The notes beneath the pieces are model-generated. The model worked only from the letters and a program-made list of their open reading frames with translations. It made no database searches and had not been told where the DNA came from. The position numbers were made by a program, and so were the translations under genes. 64,000 nt of DNA, from the NCBI GenBank assembly GCA_001804565.1, contig MHAC01000008.1:3446-67445 (forward strand). The letters run 5' to 3'. This stretch comes from Ignavibacteria bacterium GWF2_33_9 (lineage in GTDB: Bacteria > Bacteroidota > Ignavibacteria > Kapaibacteriales > UBA2268). Of the stretch, positions 9,975 to 21,208 are shown in pieces (positions within the stretch are counted from its first letter, which is position 1; each line of letters opens with the position of its first letter).

Positions 9975-12900
9975 ATGAAAAACACTTTTACAGCATTTAA
10001 GAAATATTGGGGAATATTAGCAATTCTATTTATTACCTTGATATTCACACAAAGTAGTGCTTTCAGTCAATGTTCCTACTGTTCCGCAACGACAACATAT
10101 GAGTACGAAGGTATAAAGAGAGTAGAATTTGGTGATATTGATAATACCACCGGTTGGGGATCAAGTGTGCAAAACTATACTTCTCAGTCAACTGACGTTG
10201 TTGCAACGATTGGTACAACTATGAAAATAACTAATTTGAATGCTTACTATGCCGATTTAGTATATGCATATATTGATATGAATCATAATTGTACTTATGA
10301 TGCAAATGAAGCATTTTCAATTACTTCTTCAGATGACGGTGCTACTTTTTCAGGAACAATTACTGTTCCTACTACAGCTTTGCCCGGTAGTACAACCATG
10401 CGAATTAGATTAGTAGATGTTTCATCATATCCATATTCATTTATTATCTGTGGTTCAGTTGATTGGGGCGAAACTGAAGAATACTCTGTAAATATAAAAC
10501 TTCCTGCACCTGATGCAGCAATTACAGAAATCATTACACCGACATATCCATATAATGAGGGCAACTACCCCATAAGCATGAAATTAGCAAATTTAGGTTT
10601 AGATAATTTAATAGGTTGCACAATAAATTGGTCAGTAAACGGTGTAGAACAAAATCCTTATTATTGGAGTGGTAATTTATCGCAGAAAGACAATCCTGTT
10701 CAGATCCAACTTGGGAATTATGATTTTATATATCCTGACGGAAGCAATTTTGACCCATTTACTATCCGTGTATGGTTAACAGATATTAAAAGTAATGGAG
10801 GTTTCCCTGATTCAGATCCTTCCAATCATGATAAAGAGACAAAAACAAACCCGAGTACTGAGGATGTAGCTGCAATGTCAATTTCTCAGCCAAGCAGTAG
10901 TTTTGTTCCGGGACCTGTTCAGATTGCAGTAACAATTCAGAATAATGCACGCAAACTACTCACGTCTTGCTATGTGGATTGGTATGTGGACGGCACTTTG
11001 CAAGGTTCGCAACTTTGGTTCGGAAGTTTAGCACAAGGAGAAACTGCAGAAGTTATTGTTGGTACATATAATTTCTACTTCAAAACTCCTTTGGCTCCTT
11101 TCACTATTGATGCAGAAACTAGAATGCCTAACGGAGTGGACGATCCTATCACTTCCAATGATGCTTGCACTCGTAACGTTGCTCCATCTTTAGTAGCAGG
11201 GACTTTCTATGTTGGCGGTCCTACTGCACACTTCCCTAAACTTGCTGATGCAGTTAGTTATTTAAATGCAAGCGGTATTATCGGTGATGGTGATGTTTAC
11301 TTGAAATTCAATAATGGAACATACAATGAACAAGGAATGTTCCTGACATTCCCTCACGGAAACAATCACTTTTACTTTGAATCAGCCAGCGGCAATCCAA
11401 GTGATGTAACGCTAAGTTTCGCTACTAATACAATGTATAATTACATTTTAGGTTTTGACGGAATGAATAATGTTACAATCCGTAATCTTACTTTCAATGC
11501 ATCGAACGGTGGAGCAGGAACAAATGTTGCGGTTTATAACGGTTATGATTTCACATTCAATAATGTTAGATTCAATGGTATTTATAACACCTCGAATTCA
11601 AATTATAGTTTGGTGAGATTCGAAAACACATCTGACGCATCATTCACTAATTGTACATTTTATGGTGGATATAATGGAATTGATGTACTTGACTATATCA
11701 ATTTGACTGTTAATAGCGGTACTTTCACAAATTATGGACATTATGGTGTTTACCAGGAAGCTATGTATGAAGGTTATTTAGTTTCCGGAAAATTAAATCA
11801 AAAAAATAAAATACAATCAGCACAACCAATTGAAATTACAAACAGTACTTTCAATGGAATGGGACAAAATCCTCATGGTGGTATCCGCATTATGCAGCCT
11901 GCTTTTATTACAGATAATTATTTCGCTAATTTTAGTTCTTCTGTTTCCGAAATGGCAGCAATTGTTGTTGAATCTGATGGTTCAGAACATACTTTAATTA
12001 AAAATAATGAGATTGAAAAATTAAATGGTGTAACAGGTATCGCATTTATTGGTGACAATGCAAATATCACTGAAAACAGTGTATCAACTTCATCCGATAG
12101 TTTTTCACCGCTTTATGGTATTTTCCTGCAAGCTTCAAACGTTGAATTTTCATACAATAACGTAATCGTTAAAGACGCAGGTTACCAAACAAATGGTATT
12201 GTTTCATTTTATTCAAACGGAGTTATTGCAAATAACCTAATTGTTTCTGAAAATGGTCCTGCTTTTACAGCTATTGAAAATTCAGGTTTAGGAGCATTTT
12301 ACAATACTTTAATTTCAAATTATGACGGTCAGGAAGGAGCCGCAAATTTCAATTACGGATACAACTCCTTTATGCGTAATATCGTAATGAATTATGGAAC
12401 AGGTCATTCAGTTACTTCTTCTTTTGCAAATGTAAATTCAGGAGAAAACATTTTCTTAACAAGAGGAAATACAAATGATAGTGATTTGAACTCATGGATT
12501 ACAAATACAGGTGACCAAACTTCATCCAATGCAGCAATTGAATTGAGTGATGATGGTAAATACTTGTATTCAAAATTCCAGGAACCGGCACTAACAGATT
12601 ATCCATTAGGAATTGGTCCTTTGGAAGCTTATGATTATTATGGAATGGAACGTGCAGGCTGGTTCTATGCTGGTTATGCAGGCATTACACTTGAAATCAC
12701 AATAAATGAACAACCAAAACCAATTTTGGCATGCGTTGGTGACGAAAATCAGGAACTTTATGCATCAGCTAAAATGAACTATGGTGTGAAACCATCATAT
12801 CAATGGCAAAAAGACGGCGTAAACATACCGGGTGCAGACAAACCTATTTATAGAATTACTGAATTTACTTATGAAACAACCGGTATTTATCGTTGCTTGA

Positions 12901-14117
12901 TTTATGGTCCTGCAAATACATCTTCCGGTGTTTTCACTAATGATGCAACTGTTTACACTTTGAGCCAGACAGAAATAACTCGCCAGCCTGTAAGCACTGA
13001 AGCAGAAATGGGCGGTACAGTATTCTTTGAAGTAGAAGTTCACATCAAAGGTATCGTTGCACCATACTTCCAGCATAAATACCAATGGTGGCGTCATGTA
13101 AATAATGAAGATGTTCAGTTAATGGACAATGATTACTTTGCAAATACTAAATCACCAATAATGACTATTACAAATCTCCAGGATTTGCATTTCTCAGGCG
13201 AAGATGATTATTACTATTGTGTGATTCAAGGCCAATGCGGTGAAGTTACTACTGAAAACGTTACACTTGGCTTAGTTAGCGGTTCAATCGTTATTAATAC
13301 TGATCCAATTGATCAAACAAGCTGTATTGGGTCAACAACAGTGTTCACCTGCGAGGCTTCAGTAGTTGGAAGTCAGGAAATCCTTACTTATCAATGGTTC
13401 CAAGGTGGTGTTGCTTTGGTTGATGATGCAAGAATTATCGGGTCAACCACTAATATGCTCACAATTGCAAATGCTGCACCAACTGACGAAACAACATATT
13501 ACTGCGAAGTATATGCAACTGAATCCGGACAATCTGCTCAAACTGAAGTAGCAATGCTTACTATTGAATATCCTGCTACAATAGATGTGCAGCCTGAAGA
13601 CCAAACAATCAAAGAAAGCGAAACAGTTAGTCTCTTTGTGGGAGCTTCGGGTTATGGTACAATTACTTATCAATGGTATTTCAATGATGCTATAATCGGT
13701 GGTGCTAATACTCCTGATTTCGAAATCGTAGGTGCAACTATTGATAATAGTGGATTCTATTATTGTGCTATAACTAATGAATGCGGTACAATTAATTCAA
13801 CAACAGTACAGGTTATTGTAGAAAAAGATGGTGGAACAACAAGCATAACAGATGCAAATGCAATTCAATTGCAAGTTACACCTAATCCTGCAATTTCCGA
13901 TATTAATGTGAACTTCACTTTGGCTGATGCTGCAAATGTTCAAATCAATATTATTGATATGACAGGAAGAACAATTGCAATGAAAGACGTGAATGCAGTT
14001 TCCGGTTTGAATACTGTGAAAATGAATTTAGGTCATAAAGTAGCAAGTGGTTCGTATTTCATTCAGGTTACATACAATAATGAAACTTACACACAACAAA
14101 TCGTTGTAAATAAATAA
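9975..14117 (+). CDS. large secreted beta-helix/Ig-like-repeat protein with T9SS C-terminal sorting domain (adhesin/hydrolase-like)
   Basis: Signal peptide at the ATG at 9975. Right-handed parallel beta-helix-like N/T/G-rich repeats, four Ig-like repeats (YQWxxxG...YYC). The T9SS CTD is LQVTPNPAISDINVNF...GSYFIQVTYNNETYTQQIVVNK. Confidence 0.7.
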   Translation: MKNTFTAFKKYWGILAILFITLIFTQSSAFSQCSYCSATTTYEYEGIKRVEFGDIDNTTGWGSSVQNYTSQSTDVVATIGTTMKITNLNAYYADLVYAYIDMNHNCTYDANEAFSITSSDDGATFSGTITVPTTALPGSTTMRIRLVDVSSYPYSFIICGSVDWGETEEYSVNIKLPAPDAAITEIITPTYPYNEGNYPISMKLANLGLDNLIGCTINWSVNGVEQNPYYWSGNLSQKDNPVQIQLGNYDFIYPDGSNFDPFTIRVWLTDIKSNGGFPDSDPSNHDKETKTNPSTEDVAAMSISQPSSSFVPGPVQIAVTIQNNARKLLTSCYVDWYVDGTLQGSQLWFGSLAQGETAEVIVGTYNFYFKTPLAPFTIDAETRMPNGVDDPITSNDACTRNVAPSLVAGTFYVGGPTAHFPKLADAVSYLNASGIIGDGDVYLKFNNGTYNEQGMFLTFPHGNNHFYFESASGNPSDVTLSFATNTMYNYILGFDGMNNVTIRNLTFNASNGGAGTNVAVYNGYDFTFNNVRFNGIYNTSNSNYSLVRFENTSDASFTNCTFYGGYNGIDVLDYINLTVNSGTFTNYGHYGVYQEAMYEGYLVSGKLNQKNKIQSAQPIEITNSTFNGMGQNPHGGIRIMQPAFITDNYFANFSSSVSEMAAIVVESDGSEHTLIKNNEIEKLNGVTGIAFIGDNANITENSVSTSSDSFSPLYGIFLQASNVEFSYNNVIVKDAGYQTNGIVSFYSNGVIANNLIVSENGPAFTAIENSGLGAFYNTLISNYDGQEGAANFNYGYNSFMRNIVMNYGTGHSVTSSFANVNSGENIFLTRGNTNDSDLNSWITNTGDQTSSNAAIELSDDGKYLYSKFQEPALTDYPLGIGPLEAYDYYGMERAGWFYAGYAGITLEITINEQPKPILACVGDENQELYASAKMNYGVKPSYQWQKDGVNIPGADKPIYRITEFTYETTGIYRCLIYGPANTSSGVFTNDATVYTLSQTEITRQPVSTEAEMGGTVFFEVEVHIKGIVAPYFQHKYQWWRHVNNEDVQLMDNDYFANTKSPIMTITNLQDLHFSGEDDYYYCVIQGQCGEVTTENVTLGLVSGSIVINTDPIDQTSCIGSTTVFTCEASVVGSQEILTYQWFQGGVALVDDARIIGSTTNMLTIANAAPTDETTYYCEVYATESGQSAQTEVAMLTIEYPATIDVQPEDQTIKESETVSLFVGASGYGTITYQWYFNDAIIGGANTPDFEIVGATIDNSGFYYCAITNECGTINSTTVQVIVEKDGGTTSITDANAIQLQVTPNPAISDINVNFTLADAANVQINIIDMTGRTIAMKDVNAVSGLNTVKMNLGHKVASGSYFIQVTYNNETYTQQIVVNK

Positions 14118-14142
14118 TAGACATTCGTCTAAACACAAAAAG

Positions 14143-14174
14143 AAAAGGCTGTTCGCAAGAACAGCCTTTTTTTT
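14143..14174 (+). terminator. rho-independent terminator
   Basis: AAAAGGCTGTTC-gcaa-GAACAGCCTTTTTTTT. Confidence 0.8.
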
Positions 14175-14336
14175 ATTCTTCCTTCATTATTATAATTACT
14201 TGGATCATTTGGAAAATGTATATTACAATAGCCAATCCATTTTTTCTAGCAGGCTGACATTGTTCAAAATCATTTTTTACATTTTCAATTTGACCGAATA
14301 ATTTGTTTCAATTATTGAACCACATTTTTTACAAAA

Positions 14337-17231
14337 TTATATCAATTCCTTCTGCAGATACTTTCCTGTAAGCGAATTCGGATTTCCGGCGATTTCCTGC
14401 GGAGTGCCTTCTGCAATGATATATCCACCCTTGTCTCCGCCTTCCGGTCCCAAATCAATTATCCAATCAGCAAATTTAATCACGTCCATATTATGCTCAA
14501 TCACAACAACCGTATTTCCTTTTTCGACTAATTTATCCAGCATATCGAGTAAGACACGAATATCTTCGAAATGCAGTCCGGTAGTCGGTTCATCAAGTAA
14601 ATACAGCGTTTTTCCGGTACTTCTCTTGGCAAGTTCAGTTGCAAGCTTCACTCTTTGGGCTTCTCCACCCGATAAAGTCGGCGACTGTTGTCCCAGCTTG
14701 ATATAACCTAAACCTACTTCCATCAGTGCAGTTAATTTGCGGTGTATTTTGGGAATTTCTGTGAAATACTCCAAAGATTCTTCCACAGTGCAATCCAGCA
14801 CATCGGCAATTGATAGATGCTTATATTTCACCTGCAAAGTTTCCTCATTATACCTTTTCCCTTGGCAAGTATCGCAAGGCACATAAATATCAGGGAGGAA
14901 ATTCATTTCAATTTTCTTGATGCCTGCACCCTGACAATCTTCGCAGCGACCACCCTTCACGTTGAAAGAAAATCTACCTGAAGCATATCCACGAATTTTT
15001 GCTTCGGGCAGCATTGCAAAAAAATTACGAACATTCGTGAAAACATCTGTATACGTTGCAGGATTCGAGCGGGCAGTTTTCCCAATCGGAGATTGATCAA
15101 TTTCGATAATTTTATCAATATTCTCTAACCCCTCAATTCCTTCGTATGGCAATGGTACTTTCACTCCATTGTAAAAATGAGCATTCAGTATGGGGTATAG
15201 TGTATCGTTTACTAAAGATGATTTTCCGGAACCACTAAGACCGGTAACACAGATGAATTTGCCTAAAGGAAGTTTCAGGTTTACATTTTTCAGATTATGC
15301 CCTTTCGCACCTTTCAATACCAAAAAAGAATCGCTTTTCTTTCTTTTACCAGCTTTAATTTCTATTTTTTTCATATTCAGCAAATATTGAGCAGTAAAAG
15401 AAGACTCAATTTGCATATCGCTCATTTTCTTCAACTTATTTGGTTCCGCAGAAAAAATGATTTCGCCCCCATGCACGCCGGCACGTGGTCCGATATCAAT
15501 GAACCAATCACTTTCTTCAATCATCGAACGGTCATGTTCCACAACAATCACGGAATTACCCAAATCACGTAAATCCTTAAGCGATTTTATCAACTTATAA
15601 TTATCATGCTGATGCAAACCAATGCTTGGTTCGTCCAGCACATAAGTAATTCCCACAAGCTGCGAGCCAATTTGCGAAGCAAGGCGAATTCGCTGCGATT
15701 CCCCACCCGATAGGGTTTTGCTCCCCCTGGCAAGGTTCAGATACGAAAGCCCTACATTATTCAGGAAGCTTAGTCTTTCGATAATTTCCTTAAAAATAAT
15801 CTTTGATATTTCTAATTCCCTGACTGTTAATTTCTTCTCAATTTTCGTAAAAAAAGTAATTGCAGATTCTATATCCATTTTAGTAATGTCGGCAATACTA
15901 TTCTTGTGAATCAATACATGAAGAGATTCCTGTTTTAGTCTGTCACCACGACAATCAGGACAATTCTGTTTCATCAGAAATTTCCCGAAATATTTATCAA
16001 CAGTTGGCAGCGGAGGATTTTCCAGCAATTGCTTCATAATGTTAATCAAGCCATCATATTTTTGCTTATAACTTTTTGAGTGAGTACCAAAAGTATGAGT
16101 AACATAAATTTCATTTTTTTCATCACCGTAAAGTATCTTTTGTATTTCTTCATCGTTGAGTTTGGAATATGCTTTGGAAAGATCTATATGATGCATATTG
16201 GCAAAGGCAATCAATTGCATCCAAACCCATGAATTTTTATTTTTTTCGAGTGTGAGAATTGCACCATCCAAAATCGACAAAGATTTATCGGGAACCATAG
16301 CATCCAAATCAAAGGTTTCCATTTCACCAATTCCATCACAAGTGCGGCAAGATCCATAACGTGAATTGAACGAAAAATTATTCGGAGAAAGTTTATCGTA
16401 CGATTTTCCGCAACTCGGGCAAGAATACTTTGTGCTGTATGTGCCTGCTTCCTGTCCATCTTCACGTGAAATCATAATCGTGGAATCTCCAACTTTGAGT
16501 CCAATTTCAAGTGAAGCTTTCAAACGCAGTTCCGACATTTCATTCACCACCAATCTATCTACCACGAGTTCGATATCGTGAATTTTGTACCGTTCTACCT
16601 GCATTCCTTCTGCTAAATTTTTCAGGACACCGTCTATTCGTACCTTGCTGTAACCTTCCTTGATTAATTGTGCAAAAAGTTCCTTATAGTGTCCCTTACG
16701 TGAACGGACCACAGGTGCAAGTATTAGCAGTTTTTCACCATAGAATTGCTCTTGTATTTCCTTGAAAATTACATCGTAAGTTTTCTCAATAACAGGTACC
16801 TTGCAGTCTATGCAATGCTGTACCCCAATTTTAGCAAATAGCAAACGAAGATAATCGTAAATTTCCGTCACAGTTCCAACAGTAGACCGTGGATGTTTGC
16901 TCACAGTCTTTTGTTCAATGGAAATTGCAGGCGAGAGTCCTTCGATAGTGTCCACATCTGGCTTTTTCAGCACTTCCATAAATTGACGGGCATAAGGAGA
17001 AAGACATTCCAGATATCTTCTTTGCCCTTCTGCATAAATGGTATCAAAAGCAAGCGAAGATTTGCCTGAACCGGACACACCGGTGATAACCACAAATTTA
17101 TCACGTGGTATATTAATATCTATATTTTTTAAATTATGTTCCCGAGCTCCACGGATACTAATTTCATTCAGTTCTGCAGATTTATTTTCTGTTGAAATTT
17201 GCTCAGATATAATTTTATTTGACTTCGGCAT
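14337..17231 (-). CDS. uvrA: excinuclease ABC subunit A
   Basis: 964 aa. Two ABC ATPase modules (GVSGSGKSS and GLSGSGKSS Walker A; LSGGE signatures) plus zinc-finger Cys clusters. Confidence 0.9.
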   Translation of the reverse strand: MPKSNKIISEQISTENKSAELNEISIRGAREHNLKNIDINIPRDKFVVITGVSGSGKSSLAFDTIYAEGQRRYLECLSPYARQFMEVLKKPDVDTIEGLSPAISIEQKTVSKHPRSTVGTVTEIYDYLRLLFAKIGVQHCIDCKVPVIEKTYDVIFKEIQEQFYGEKLLILAPVVRSRKGHYKELFAQLIKEGYSKVRIDGVLKNLAEGMQVERYKIHDIELVVDRLVVNEMSELRLKASLEIGLKVGDSTIMISREDGQEAGTYSTKYSCPSCGKSYDKLSPNNFSFNSRYGSCRTCDGIGEMETFDLDAMVPDKSLSILDGAILTLEKNKNSWVWMQLIAFANMHHIDLSKAYSKLNDEEIQKILYGDEKNEIYVTHTFGTHSKSYKQKYDGLINIMKQLLENPPLPTVDKYFGKFLMKQNCPDCRGDRLKQESLHVLIHKNSIADITKMDIESAITFFTKIEKKLTVRELEISKIIFKEIIERLSFLNNVGLSYLNLARGSKTLSGGESQRIRLASQIGSQLVGITYVLDEPSIGLHQHDNYKLIKSLKDLRDLGNSVIVVEHDRSMIEESDWFIDIGPRAGVHGGEIIFSAEPNKLKKMSDMQIESSFTAQYLLNMKKIEIKAGKRKKSDSFLVLKGAKGHNLKNVNLKLPLGKFICVTGLSGSGKSSLVNDTLYPILNAHFYNGVKVPLPYEGIEGLENIDKIIEIDQSPIGKTARSNPATYTDVFTNVRNFFAMLPEAKIRGYASGRFSFNVKGGRCEDCQGAGIKKIEMNFLPDIYVPCDTCQGKRYNEETLQVKYKHLSIADVLDCTVEESLEYFTEIPKIHRKLTALMEVGLGYIKLGQQSPTLSGGEAQRVKLATELAKRSTGKTLYLLDEPTTGLHFEDIRVLLDMLDKLVEKGNTVVVIEHNMDVIKFADWIIDLGPEGGDKGGYIIAEGTPQEIAGNPNSLTGKYLQKELI

Positions 17232-17385
17232 ATTTTAGAAAAAGTAAAATAATAAACTTGTAAAATTAGTTAAATTTGTATTAATAGGGGTAATTTTTTA
17301 CTAATAGTTTATAAAAAAATTGAGCAAAATCAAAAAAAATTCTTAAATTTGAAATTAAGTTTTTTCAAAATCTTTTGGACATATC

Positions 17386-18315
17386 ATGGAATATTCATCA
17401 GACAATTTAAAAATTGCAAAAAGCATACTATCGCTATATCTGAATAATGACCGAATTTATTATACGATAATTCGAAATGAAAACTCAGAATGGTATTTAG
17501 ATAAAATTGACTCCACAAATTATCCCTTGAAATTCGACAATGATTCAAAATTAATCTCAAACAGTTTTCAGGAATTAAATGCTATTTGCGAAAAATATAA
17601 ATATGATGAAATTAAAGTGGTATTTCCTAATAATTTATCACTAATTTCCAAAATCCCTTTCTCGCAGGAAATTATTGATGCAGAAGATTTAGCAAAAATG
17701 TTGGAACTGGAAACCAGCCGCACTTTCGCTAATTCACAGCCGGATGATTTCCTCTATGACTTTTATCTGATAGATGCCAAGGAAATTATGACAGTAATTT
17801 CCCCGAAAATTTTGCAGGAACAAATGAAAGGATTACTTAGCCTTTACAAGACTCCAATTGAATATTACTTTTCAGAACATTTTTCTGCGGCAAATCTTTT
17901 TTCCAATAATTATTCAAATCTGATAAATGAAAATGTGCTTTTAATCAGTTTGGAATCTAATGAAATTTTTCTTAATATAATGTTCCGAAATCAAATTGTT
18001 CATTCAGCTGTTTTGCACTATGAATCAAATTATGGTATTCCGGCGATAGTAACAAGATATTTAAATGAAATTATTCCTGAGAATAACTTTCAAATAAATA
18101 AATCATTTGTTTACGGTTCATCCCTGACAAAAGTAGTAATGGAGGAAATTAATAATAATTTGAAAGATTTGCAAATTCACTGTGAAAGGTTAAATCCATT
18201 TTCAGAACTTTACCCCAATTTATCTGATGAAAATCTGGAATATTGTTCCAGAGCTATGCAATTCTTCCCTGCTTGCATTGGCGCAAGTTTGCCCCAAATT
18301 CTTAAACGCAAATAA
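17386..18315 (+). CDS. hypothetical protein (translationally coupled to rsmD)
   Basis: 309-aa ORF with no recognisable motif. Its stop lies 2 nt before the rsmD start. Confidence 0.4.
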   Translation: MEYSSDNLKIAKSILSLYLNNDRIYYTIIRNENSEWYLDKIDSTNYPLKFDNDSKLISNSFQELNAICEKYKYDEIKVVFPNNLSLISKIPFSQEIIDAEDLAKMLELETSRTFANSQPDDFLYDFYLIDAKEIMTVISPKILQEQMKGLLSLYKTPIEYYFSEHFSAANLFSNNYSNLINENVLLISLESNEIFLNIMFRNQIVHSAVLHYESNYGIPAIVTRYLNEIIPENNFQINKSFVYGSSLTKVVMEEINNNLKDLQIHCERLNPFSELYPNLSDENLEYCSRAMQFFPACIGASLPQILKRK

Positions 18316-18317
18316 AA

Positions 18318-18887
18318 TTGAGGATAATAGCAGGCACATACCGAGGGTTATCGCTCCAAAGCAAAATTCCTGATGGAACTCGCCCCACAACAGATATGGC
18401 ACGTGAGGCAATGTTCAACACTTTGCTCAATCTGTTCGATATGGAAAATGCTAAAGTTTTGGATTTATATGCCGGCACAGGGGCAATTGGTCTGGAAGCA
18501 ATTAGCCGAGGTGCTTCTCATGTAACTTTTGTTGAACTCGGAATTAAGCAATTTCATTTAATTAATGAAAATACTAAATTACTGAAAATCGAAAAGGAAC
18601 AATTTCAGATTCACAAAAGAAAAGTACTGGATTTCTTAAAACATTTACCCGAAGAAACAAAGTTTGATTTCATTTTTGCAGACCCGCCCTATAAATTAAA
18701 TGAATATTACGACATTTTAGAAATTATAAAAGAAAAAGACTTGCTTTCCGAAAATGGCATAATCGTATTCGAAATGGATCAGGCAATCCAATTGGTATCG
18801 CATCCCTCATTTGAAATTCTAAAAGAAAAAAAATACGGCATAACCAAATTTCAATTTCTGGTAATAAATCCAAGCCTTACTGCTTAA
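18318..18887 (+). CDS. rsmD: 16S rRNA (guanine966-N2)-methyltransferase
   Basis: MRIIAGTYRGLSLQSKIPDGTRPTTDMAREAMFN matches the RsmD N-terminus. SAM motifs LDLYAGTGAIGLEAISRGA and FADPPY are present. Confidence 0.8.
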   Translation: MRIIAGTYRGLSLQSKIPDGTRPTTDMAREAMFNTLLNLFDMENAKVLDLYAGTGAIGLEAISRGASHVTFVELGIKQFHLINENTKLLKIEKEQFQIHKRKVLDFLKHLPEETKFDFIFADPPYKLNEYYDILEIIKEKDLLSENGIIVFEMDQAIQLVSHPSFEILKEKKYGITKFQFLVINPSLTA

Positions 18888-21111
18888 TAAATTTCCCTTG
18901 TATTTCTTTACCCTCAATCGTTCCTTGTATAAAATACGTTCCCGAATTCAATTCCGAAATATCAATACTCATAAATCCAAAATTATTCTTTTTGATATTT
19001 TTCACTTCTTTGCCTGTCATATCGTAAATTTTCAGATAATCAATTGTTTTGCCGTATGCATCAAAAAAGATTTTGTCACTTGCCGGATTTGGCAAAATAT
19101 TGAATTCTTCAACCTTAGGTGGATCTATTTCAATGTCTATAAGTATATCTATGGTTGGAATTGCAATTACTGTATATGAATGCGGTGGAAATTTGTATGT
19201 ATTTGATATATACTCTTCTCTTGACTTGGCAACTACTTTATTTGGTTCTTCGAATGAATTGTAATCAAGATAATTCGGGCTGCTTAGTTCAGTTATTTTC
19301 ACTTTATGCTCGCCTGTCCACGAAGGTATATTAATTATTGCTTCAGTTGGTTCAGATATATGACGGCTAATCACAGCCAAAAATAATGTATCTTTATTTT
19401 TGGTCGCAACTACATCAAGCATTGGAACATCATTCAGAAATTGCATCTTTTGATAATCAGGCAACGAATACATGTCACCATTATATTTCGTTGGGATAAA
19501 GTCATTACCGATACTAGAAAAAATCATCTTGTATGCTTCGTAGTTTGGGAAAGTATAATATTTTCTTTCTTTACCTATTGTGTCAGTTTTCAGAATTCCC
19601 AAATATAAAGTTCTACAAGCTGGACCAGTATTCTCATGATTTCTGAGAAAAGAATGCACAAAATTCATGTCACTAAGAGCAGCTTCCAGAGAATGAGCTT
19701 TAACGCAAGTATCCAAAAAATCTCTTTCGTAATTTACCCAGTATTCAGTAGGGGCATGTTTTAGATTTTTCCCTCCATTAGCCTTCACTTCATTCATTAA
19801 CCAATTAATATTTGATTGTATTACTAAGCTCCACGAAACCATTCCCCAATATTCTTCTTCCAAGGAACTTTCTTCATCCTGGTACGAAATTGAACAAGGA
19901 TGCCAGCTATAAAAATCTGCATTATCCTCTACAACGGAAAGAACTCTCTTCACATCTTTTATACCTGCCCAATGATTCCCATTCACGATTATTTCTAATG
20001 TTGAGTCTTTTTCTTTAAGTGCTGCATAATAATTTAAATATTTGCTTGGATAGTTAATATCCACGTTTTCCCATTGTTCGTTCCCAATTTCAAAATACTT
20101 CACATTAAAAGGTTCCGGATGTCCGTTTATTGCTCGTTTCCGTCCGTAAAGTGTATTCTGGTCGCCATTGCAGTATTCAACCAAATTTAATGCTTCTTGT
20201 ACCGACCCATCCATAACGTTTACTGTAAGAAATGGCACAATATTAAGTTCTTCGCAAAATTCAAGATATTCGTCTAATCCAAAATCCATTCGCTGAATTT
20301 TTGAGTCATACCAATAATTCGGGGCTCTTCTTTGGTCACGTGGACCAATATGTTGCTCGAAATGCCAAGTGAAATAGTCAGCAAAGCAACCACCGGGAAA
20401 ACGTAGAATTTTCATATTCATTTCTTTCAACATACCGAAAACTTCACTTCTTAGCGAATACCTATTGTCAGTAGCCATCAATGAAGCTTCATCGAAATGA
20501 ATATCTCCATTCGACTTTGAATATACTATTACATTTATCTTTTCTGATTTCTGAAGTGGGGCAATCATTACAGAATATTTTTGCCAGGAAGTAGTAATAG
20601 CACCCAAAGATTTATCCACTATCACTTCGCCGTCAGATTTAATTAACCTTAAATACACACTATCCACAGTACCTTTGCAATGAATATAAAACTCATAATC
20701 TTTATCGGCATCCATTCGGACTTCCTGCTGAAATCCGCAATCCCCTTTGGTGGCAGAACGTGTGATAAAATAATGGCGCATTCCATTTGAATTATAATGA
20801 TTAATCCACGGATACATCACTTCTATTGAATCAACAGAGCAAGTATTTAACAAATGCCAATACTGATATTTTTCTTCAGGTGGTCCACCTGGATACTGAC
20901 AATCAAATCCTCTATCCTGCAATTCCTGAGCCGAGATTCCCAAAGGACTATTTATACTTCCCTGTATATATTCCATGAACATACCTACGAGAGGTTTTTC
21001 TAGTGCATTTTTCTCAATATTTTGGAAATCAAGAGTAATTGTTGCTTTTTGAACTGCAAAAAGGGGCATTGAAAAAATCAAACCAATAATAACAATTTTT
21101 ATAATATTCAT
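18877..21111 (-). CDS. secreted clan GH-A glycoside hydrolase (GH51/GH79-like) with T9SS C-terminal sorting domain
   Basis: Signal peptide at MNIIKIVIIGLIFSMPLFA (ATG 21111). LRFPGGCFADYF and EIGNEQWE motifs are typical of clan GH-A. The C-terminal FNILPNPASDKIFF...GTYFIQGTIEGKEIQGKFIKQ is a T9SS CTD. Confidence 0.5.
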   Translation of the reverse strand: MNIIKIVIIGLIFSMPLFAVQKATITLDFQNIEKNALEKPLVGMFMEYIQGSINSPLGISAQELQDRGFDCQYPGGPPEEKYQYWHLLNTCSVDSIEVMYPWINHYNSNGMRHYFITRSATKGDCGFQQEVRMDADKDYEFYIHCKGTVDSVYLRLIKSDGEVIVDKSLGAITTSWQKYSVMIAPLQKSEKINVIVYSKSNGDIHFDEASLMATDNRYSLRSEVFGMLKEMNMKILRFPGGCFADYFTWHFEQHIGPRDQRRAPNYWYDSKIQRMDFGLDEYLEFCEELNIVPFLTVNVMDGSVQEALNLVEYCNGDQNTLYGRKRAINGHPEPFNVKYFEIGNEQWENVDINYPSKYLNYYAALKEKDSTLEIIVNGNHWAGIKDVKRVLSVVEDNADFYSWHPCSISYQDEESSLEEEYWGMVSWSLVIQSNINWLMNEVKANGGKNLKHAPTEYWVNYERDFLDTCVKAHSLEAALSDMNFVHSFLRNHENTGPACRTLYLGILKTDTIGKERKYYTFPNYEAYKMIFSSIGNDFIPTKYNGDMYSLPDYQKMQFLNDVPMLDVVATKNKDTLFLAVISRHISEPTEAIINIPSWTGEHKVKITELSSPNYLDYNSFEEPNKVVAKSREEYISNTYKFPPHSYTVIAIPTIDILIDIEIDPPKVEEFNILPNPASDKIFFDAYGKTIDYLKIYDMTGKEVKNIKKNNFGFMSIDISELNSGTYFIQGTIEGKEIQGKFIKQ

Positions 21112-21208
21112 ATATTTAGGGAAATTAACTTGGACTAAAAGTGCAAAATTATGAAAAATAGAGGAAATAGAGATAGTATGGTAGGTCTTACATGCAAAAA
21201 ACAAATAT

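Noticed and set aside
15190-16581. Several 60-90-aa plus-strand ORFs inside uvrA
   Set aside because: They are antisense to a highly conserved, full-length uvrA, so they are treated as noise.
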